In this document: positions 59,061 to 64,000 of the stretch, in pieces
Numbering within the stretch: the stretch's first letter is position 1
Layout of the letters: every line of letters begins with the position of its first letter
Assembly: GCA_963780685.1 (NCBI GenBank)
Contig: CAWACZ010000017.1
Span: 320,563 to 384,562, forward strand
Reading direction: 5' to 3'
Origin: an uncultured Acidobacteriota bacterium
GTDB lineage: Bacteria > Acidobacteriota > Vicinamibacteria > Vicinamibacterales > CAVVIG01
Length of the DNA stretch: 64,000 bases
The notes under the pieces: model-generated
What the model was told of the DNA's origin: nothing
Databases searched by the model: none
What the model saw: only the letters and a program-made list of their open reading frames with translations
Translations under genes and position numbers: made by a program

Positions 59061-60743
59061 ATGGAAAGAGACCGCACTCCTCTCGCAACGAGGGCAGACG
59101 ACCACCCAGGCTCGCCGGCAGTGCGGCTCGACGTGATCTCAGGCCTCGTGGCGGCGGCGGTTGTGCTGCCCAAGGCCATGGCGTATGCGAGTGTGGCCGG
59201 TCTGCCCGTGGCGGTGGGACTCTACACCGCCTTCGTCCCGATGGTGATCTACGCGCTGCTCGGCTCGTCGCGCGTGCTCAGCGTCAGCTCCACCACCACC
59301 CTGGCGATCCTGACGGGCACGCAACTCGGTCTGGTAGTCCCCGACGGCGATCCGGCGAAGCTCGTCACGGCGACCGCTACGCTCACCGCACTGGTCGGCG
59401 CGCTGCTGATGCTGGCGCGGCTCCTGCGTCTGGGATTCGTCGCCAGCTTCATCTCCACGCCGGTGCTGACGGGTTTCAAGGCGGGCATCGGCCTCGTGAT
59501 CGTTCTCGACCAGGTGCCGAAGCTCCTTGGAATCCACATCACCAAGGAGGGCTTCTTCCGCGACCTGTTCGATGTCGTGCAACACATTCCCGACACGTCG
59601 CTGGTCACGCTGGGCGTAGCCGCGGCGACCTTCGCGATCTTGATCGGCCTGGAGCGACTGCGGCCGCATTCGCCGGCGCCGCTGGTCGCCGTGGGGGGCG
59701 CCATTGCCGCGTCGTGGTACTTCGGCCTGCAGGCACTCGGCGTCTCGACGGTCGGCGTGATACCGCGAGGTTTGCCGGCATTCACGATACCTGACCTCTC
59801 CCTGATCGAACGATTGCTGCCGGGCGCTCTCGGGATCGCGCTCATGAGCTTTACCGAAAGCATTGCGGCCGGCCGCGCCTTCGCGCGCCCGGCCGACCCG
59901 CCGATCCGTGCGAACCGCGAGCTGGTCGCCACCGGCGCGGCCAATCTGGGTGGCGCACTGCTCGGTGCGATGCCGGCCGGCGGCGGCACCTCGCAGACCG
60001 CCGTCGTGCGCTCCTCGGGTGGGCAGTCGCAAAGGGCCTCGCTGGTGACCGCGGCCATCGCGGTCGCCACGATGCTGCTCCTCGCACCGATGCTCGGCCT
60101 CATGCCGAACGCGACGCTCGCGGCGGTGGTGATCGTCTACTCGGTCGGGCTGATCCAGCCGGCAGAGTTCCACGCCATCCGCAAGGTGCGCTCGATGGAG
60201 TTTCGCTGGGCGCTTTTCGCCTGTGCCGGCGTGCTGCTGTTCGGCACGCTCAAGGGGATCGTCATCGCGATCGTCGCGTCGATGATCGGCCTGGCCGGCC
60301 AGACTGCGCACCCGCGAGTGTCGGTCATCGGGCGTAAGCGCGGGGCCAACGTGCTGCGACCGCTGTCGCCCGACCATCCCGACGACGAGACCTTCGAAGG
60401 CCTGCTGATCGTGCGGCCGGAAGGGCGCCTGTACTTCGTGAACGTTCAGGACGTCGGCGATCAGATCGGCGCACTGGTCGCCAAATACCAGCCACGCGTG
60501 CTGGCGCTGGACATGAGCCGTGTACCCGATCTCGAATACTCGGCCTTGCAGATGCTGATCGAGCGTGAGCAACGCGCGACCGACAGGGGCGCCGTGCTCT
60601 GGCTGGTGGGGCTGAACCCGGCCGTCCTCGATACGGTGCGGCATTCCGAGCTGGAGGGGCGGCTCGGCCGCGAGCGCATGCTTTTCAACGCACGTGAGGC
60701 GATTCAGCGTTACGAGGCCATGCAGGCAGCCTCCGTGTCCTGA
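59061..60743 (+). CDS. SulP-family anion transporter with C-terminal STAS domain
   Basis: Sulfate_transp core (GLVAAAVVLPKAMAYASVAGLPVAVGLYTAFVPMVIYALLGSSR). C-terminal STAS (LLIVRPEGRLYFVNV...LDMSRVPDLEYSALQML). Confidence 0.85.
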   Translation: MERDRTPLATRADDHPGSPAVRLDVISGLVAAAVVLPKAMAYASVAGLPVAVGLYTAFVPMVIYALLGSSRVLSVSSTTTLAILTGTQLGLVVPDGDPAKLVTATATLTALVGALLMLARLLRLGFVASFISTPVLTGFKAGIGLVIVLDQVPKLLGIHITKEGFFRDLFDVVQHIPDTSLVTLGVAAATFAILIGLERLRPHSPAPLVAVGGAIAASWYFGLQALGVSTVGVIPRGLPAFTIPDLSLIERLLPGALGIALMSFTESIAAGRAFARPADPPIRANRELVATGAANLGGALLGAMPAGGGTSQTAVVRSSGGQSQRASLVTAAIAVATMLLLAPMLGLMPNATLAAVVIVYSVGLIQPAEFHAIRKVRSMEFRWALFACAGVLLFGTLKGIVIAIVASMIGLAGQTAHPRVSVIGRKRGANVLRPLSPDHPDDETFEGLLIVRPEGRLYFVNVQDVGDQIGALVAKYQPRVLALDMSRVPDLEYSALQMLIEREQRATDRGAVLWLVGLNPAVLDTVRHSELEGRLGRERMLFNAREAIQRYEAMQAASVS

Positions 60744-60797
60744 ACTGGCTGTTTCGGTGGCACGAGCCTCGGTGGCTCAGGCGGGCCGTTCGCAGGC

Positions 60798-60832
60798 CTC
60801 CGGGATTCGGGAGCCCCTCCGGTCCCGCGGAG
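60798..60832. promoter_or_regulatory. tandem palindrome element, copy 6
   Basis: CTCCGGGATTCGGGAG ccc CTCCGGTCCCGCGGAG. Lies in the 340-nt gap upstream of pta. Confidence 0.4.
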
Positions 60833-60934
60833 TGCCTTCTAGGGCGCGGCCACACCTGACACGGGCGTGCATATCGGTCAAACCCTTAGAATTCTGATAG
60901 TTCGGTGGTGTCCGTCCGTGTGCGGCGCGGTCAG

Positions 60935-60950
60935 AGGTACGTGCCTTGCT
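60935..60950 (+). promoter_or_regulatory. candidate sigma-54 -24/-12 promoter of pta-ackA-pflB
   Basis: AGGTACGTGCCTTGCT (GG 60936-37, GC 60948-49). The 16-mer GGTACGTGCCTTGCTC is identical to the minus-strand element at 21889..21905. 104 bp downstream of copy 6. An IHF-like TCAA-N4-TTA lies at ~60876-60888. Confidence 0.45.
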
Positions 60951-61086
60951 CGGAACCGAAGCAATCCGGCAGTCACGGTGGTGCTCTGCTAGGCGACAGC
61001 GTCGCATGTCTCGTTTTCACTCTTCTCTTGAAAGAGACGGGACCGGCGGTACGGCCGGCGGCCCCGGCAGTAGTGGGTGACACGCC

Positions 61087-62028
61087 ATGACTCGACAATC
61101 CGGAACGGGAAAGTACGAGCAGCTCCTGGAGAGGTGTCGAAGCCTGGAACCGATACCGACCGCCGTGGCGCATCCGTGCGAAGAGACGGCGTTGGCCGGC
61201 GCCCTCGAGGCGGCCGAGCAGGGATTGATTGCGCCGATTCTCGTGGGCCCGGCAGCCAGGATCGACGAAGTCGCGAAGAAAAGCGGGATCGACCTGGGGC
61301 GAACCCGGATCGTCGATGCTCCCCACAGCAATGCCGCAGCGGCCAGGGCGGTGGAGCTGGTTCGTCAGGGGGAGGCCGATCTTCTGATGAAGGGGAGCCT
61401 GCACACCGACGAGCTCTTGAGCGCAGTCGTTTCGAGGGAAAAAGGCCTGCGCACGGGACGCCGCCTCAGTCACGTGTTCATCATGGACGTTCCGACCTAT
61501 CACAAGGTCCTGATCGTCACCGACGGTGCGATCAACATCGCGCCGACTCTCGAAGACAAGGTCGACATCTGCCAGAACGCCATCGACCTGGCGGTTGCTC
61601 TCGGCGTCGAGCGACCAAAAGTTGCGATTCTCGCCGCTGTCGAGACAGTGACTTCCAAGATGCCGGCCACTATCGACGCCGCCGCCTTGTGCAAGATGGC
61701 CGAGCGAAAACAGATCACCGGCGCAGTCTTGGACGGCCCCCTGGCGTTCGACAACGCGATCAGCAAGGAGGCGGCGAAAACGAAGGGCATCGCGTCGGAG
61801 GTTGCCGGCGATCCCGACATTCTTCTCGCGCCGGACCTCGAGGCGGCCAACATACTGGCCAAGCAGCTCACCTTCCTCGCCAACGCTGACAGTGCTGGTC
61901 TCGTCCTCGGCGCACGCGTGCCGATCATCCTGACGAGCCGCGCCGACAGCGTTCGCTCGAGGATCGCCAGCTGCGCAGTGGCGATGCTTGCGGCCCATAC
62001 GCGGCAACGATCGCTTCAACGAGCGTAG
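61087..62028 (+). CDS. pta: phosphate acetyltransferase/butyryltransferase (short PTA_PTB type)
   Basis: 313 aa. LLMKGSLHTDELL, VLIVTDGAINIAPTLEDK, GPLAFDNAIS and PDLEAANILAKQL motifs. Immediately upstream of ackA. Confidence 0.8.
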   Translation: MTRQSGTGKYEQLLERCRSLEPIPTAVAHPCEETALAGALEAAEQGLIAPILVGPAARIDEVAKKSGIDLGRTRIVDAPHSNAAAARAVELVRQGEADLLMKGSLHTDELLSAVVSREKGLRTGRRLSHVFIMDVPTYHKVLIVTDGAINIAPTLEDKVDICQNAIDLAVALGVERPKVAILAAVETVTSKMPATIDAAALCKMAERKQITGAVLDGPLAFDNAISKEAAKTKGIASEVAGDPDILLAPDLEAANILAKQLTFLANADSAGLVLGARVPIILTSRADSVRSRIASCAVAMLAAHTRQRSLQRA

Positions 62029-62052
62029 GGAAAGATTTCGGAGTTCATCGGA

Positions 62053-63249
62053 ATGAACGATTACGCCGTCGGTACTCAATGCTGGTTCGTCGAGCCTCAA
62101 GTTCTGCGTCTATGGACGGTCGGAGATCGGGCCTTGGCGACTGGAAGCGCGGGGCCAGATCGAGGGCATCGGGACCGCACCGCGGCTCTCGGCCAGGGAC
62201 GGCGAGGGTGAGCGCCTTCACGATCAATCGCTGGACGGCACAGTGCACGATGGCCGCACGGCGTTGGATTCTCTGGCCGCGTGGCTCCGGTCCAGGTACG
62301 GCGGTGCGCGTGTGCTCGGTGTGGGCCACCGCGTCGTCCATGGCGGTGCGCGATTCACAGGTCCCACGATTATCACGCCGGAAGTGTTGGGGGAGCTGCG
62401 AAAGCTGGTGCCCCTGGCTCCGCTTCACCAGCCGCACAACCTGGCGGCGATTGACGCGGTCGCCGAGCGGCTTCCCGCCGTTCCCCAGGTCGCCTGCTTC
62501 GACACGAGCTTTCATCGCGGTCAGCCGGCTGTCGCCGAAGTGGTTCCACTGCCCCGCGAGATTCGCGATTCCGGGTACAGCGGTACGGCTTCCACGGCCT
62601 GTCGTACGAATACATTGCCTCAGTGCTGCCGCAAGTTGCGCCGGAGATTGCCGGCGGCCGCGTGATCGTCGCTCACCTGGGAAGCGGCGCCAGTCTCTGT
62701 GCCCTGAAGGACCGGAAGAGCGTTGACAGCACACTTGGATTCACTGCCCTCGATGGCCTCTGCATGGGGACGCGGCCCGGCGCGCTCGATCCCGGGGTTG
62801 TCCTGTATCTTTTTCAGGGCCTTGGCCTCTCTGCCAAGGACGTGGAGACGATTCTCTATAAGAAATCGGGCCTGCTCGCCATATCCGGCATCAGCAATGA
62901 CATGCGCGACCTGATCACCAGCCCCGATCCAGCCGCCCGGCTGGCCGTCGACTACTTTGTCTATCGCGCGGCCAAAGAGATCGGCGCCCTTGCCGCCGTA
63001 TTGGGTGGGATCGACGGACTGGTCTTCACCGCCGGGATCGGCGAGAACTCCGCCGAGATCCGAAGCCGGATCTGTGAAGCCTCCGGATGGCTCGGCATCC
63101 AACTGGACACGGAGGCGAACCGAGCGAAGGGGCCGCGGATCTCTCGAGCAGACAGTCGGGTGTCGGCCTGGGTGATCCCAACGAACGAAGAGCTCGTGAT
63201 CGCCCGCCATACAGGCGCGTTGCTCGGGTTGGTGGAAGCGCACGCTTAG
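62053..63249 (+). CDS. ackA: acetate kinase, two frameshifts as assembled
   Basis: ATG 62053 (MNDYAV). After ~62070 the conserved [11 protein letters not shown]...GHRVVHGG...FDTSFH continues in the next frame. After the GGG run at 62573-75, [22 protein letters not shown]...[10 protein letters not shown] returns to the first frame (listed ORFs 62243..62665 and 62623..63249). Confidence 0.9.
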
Positions 63250-63273
63250 CGGCAGGTAATGAAGGAGTATTGA

Positions 63274-64000
63274 ATGGCTGTAACCGTAACGCAGGAAAAA
63301 GGCGCAGCAGGGGCGACTTCGCCGTGGCAGGGGTTCCAGACCGGCCTCTGGCAGACGGAGATCAACGTCCGGGACTTCATCCAGCAGAACTACACGGAGT
63401 ACGACGGAGACGAGTCGTTTCTCGCGCCCGCCACCGAACGCACCAAGAAAGTCTGGGGCAAGCTCACAGAGCTGTTCGTCGAGGAACGGCGCAAGGGAGT
63501 CCTCGATGTGTCTCAGATCCCCAGCTCCATCACGGCGCATGCGCCAGGCTACATCGACCGCGAGAACGAGGTCATCGTCGGCCTGCAGACGGACGCCCCG
63601 CTCAAGCGCGCGATCATGCCGAACGGCGGATTCCGAATGGTCGCCACTGCACTGAAAACGTATGGCTACGAGCCCGATCCTCATGTGGTGGAGGCGTTCA
63701 CGAAGTATCGCAAGACGCACAACGAGGGTGTGTTCGATGCGTACACAGCCGACGTGAGGCGCTGCCGCAGTTCGCACATTCTCACCGGGTTGCCCGATGC
63801 TTACGGCCGTGGCCGGATCATCGGCGACTATCGCCGCGTTGCCCTCTATGGGGTGTCACGACTCATCGAGCACAAAGAACAGGAAAAGTCCGCGCTCGAT
63901 TCGGCCCAATCGACCGACGACATCATCCGCGATCGGGAAGAGCTGGGCGAACAGATCCGCGCGCTCAAAGAACTGCAGAAGATGGCGTCGAATTACGGCT
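63274..64000 (+). CDS. pflB: formate C-acetyltransferase (pyruvate formate-lyase), N-terminal 242 codons; runs off window
   Basis: My translation from ATG 63274 (GAAGGAG SD at 63261-67): WQGFQTGLWQTEINVRDFIQQNYTEYDGDESFLAP...GLQTDAPLKRAIMPNGG...YRKTHNEGVFDAYT...LTGLPDAYGRGRIIGDYRRVALYG. This closely parallels the E. coli PflB N-terminus. Not in the ORF track because there is no stop in the window. Confidence 0.9.
   Translation, partial: MAVTVTQEKGAAGATSPWQGFQTGLWQTEINVRDFIQQNYTEYDGDESFLAPATERTKKVWGKLTELFVEERRKGVLDVSQIPSSITAHAPGYIDRENEVIVGLQTDAPLKRAIMPNGGFRMVATALKTYGYEPDPHVVEAFTKYRKTHNEGVFDAYTADVRRCRSSHILTGLPDAYGRGRIIGDYRRVALYGVSRLIEHKEQEKSALDSAQSTDDIIRDREELGEQIRALKELQKMASNYG

Overview
GC-rich (about two-thirds G+C by eye, not computed), densely coding chromosomal segment of a diderm bacterium. 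Taxon cannot be assigned from sequence alone. Gene content, left to right:
- Mla-type ABC transporter (mlaEFD) and a YtxH/DUF948 pair.
- A decayed regulator patch: a short wHTH-ATPase regulator and a sigma-54 activator reduced to its AAA+ core, with a frameshift.
- Secreted and envelope proteins of unknown function.
- A GAF-type sigma-54 activator divergent from a DUF3302-HlyD-OMF operon.
- A DUF3300-DUF2950 pair.
- A four-gene porin-cytochrome cluster (MtrAB/MtoAB/PioAB-like) next to a decayed transposase.
- A carbon-metabolism block: pyk, LOG-family gene, ldh, then a ~15.5 kb minus-strand gene string (pgm, histidine phosphatase, phosphoketolase, tkt, rpiB-tal-pgi fusion, GH94 phosphorylase, GH144-like glucanase), then ppk2.
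- A PAS-GAF sigma-54 activator operon, the F1Fo ATP synthase operon, a SulP transporter, and pta-ackA-pflB (pflB runs off the window).

Main non-genic signals:
1. A tandem palindrome (2 x CTCCGG-N4-CCGGAG) recurs at six intergenic loci. Each copy lies 65-105 bp from a sigma-54-like -24/-12 box. This suggests an undescribed enhancer and regulon tied to the bEBPs encoded here.
2. Heptanucleotide tandem-repeat arrays fill several short intergenic spacers, especially inside the atp operon.
3. A structured REP-like element occurs in three copies. One sits inside a heptamer array and one is flanked by a 16-bp duplication of the pyk 3' end.
4. At least ten single-base indels interrupt conserved housekeeping genes. 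These are most simply explained as assembly errors.

No rRNA, tRNA, CRISPR array, prophage or recognisable defence system was seen.
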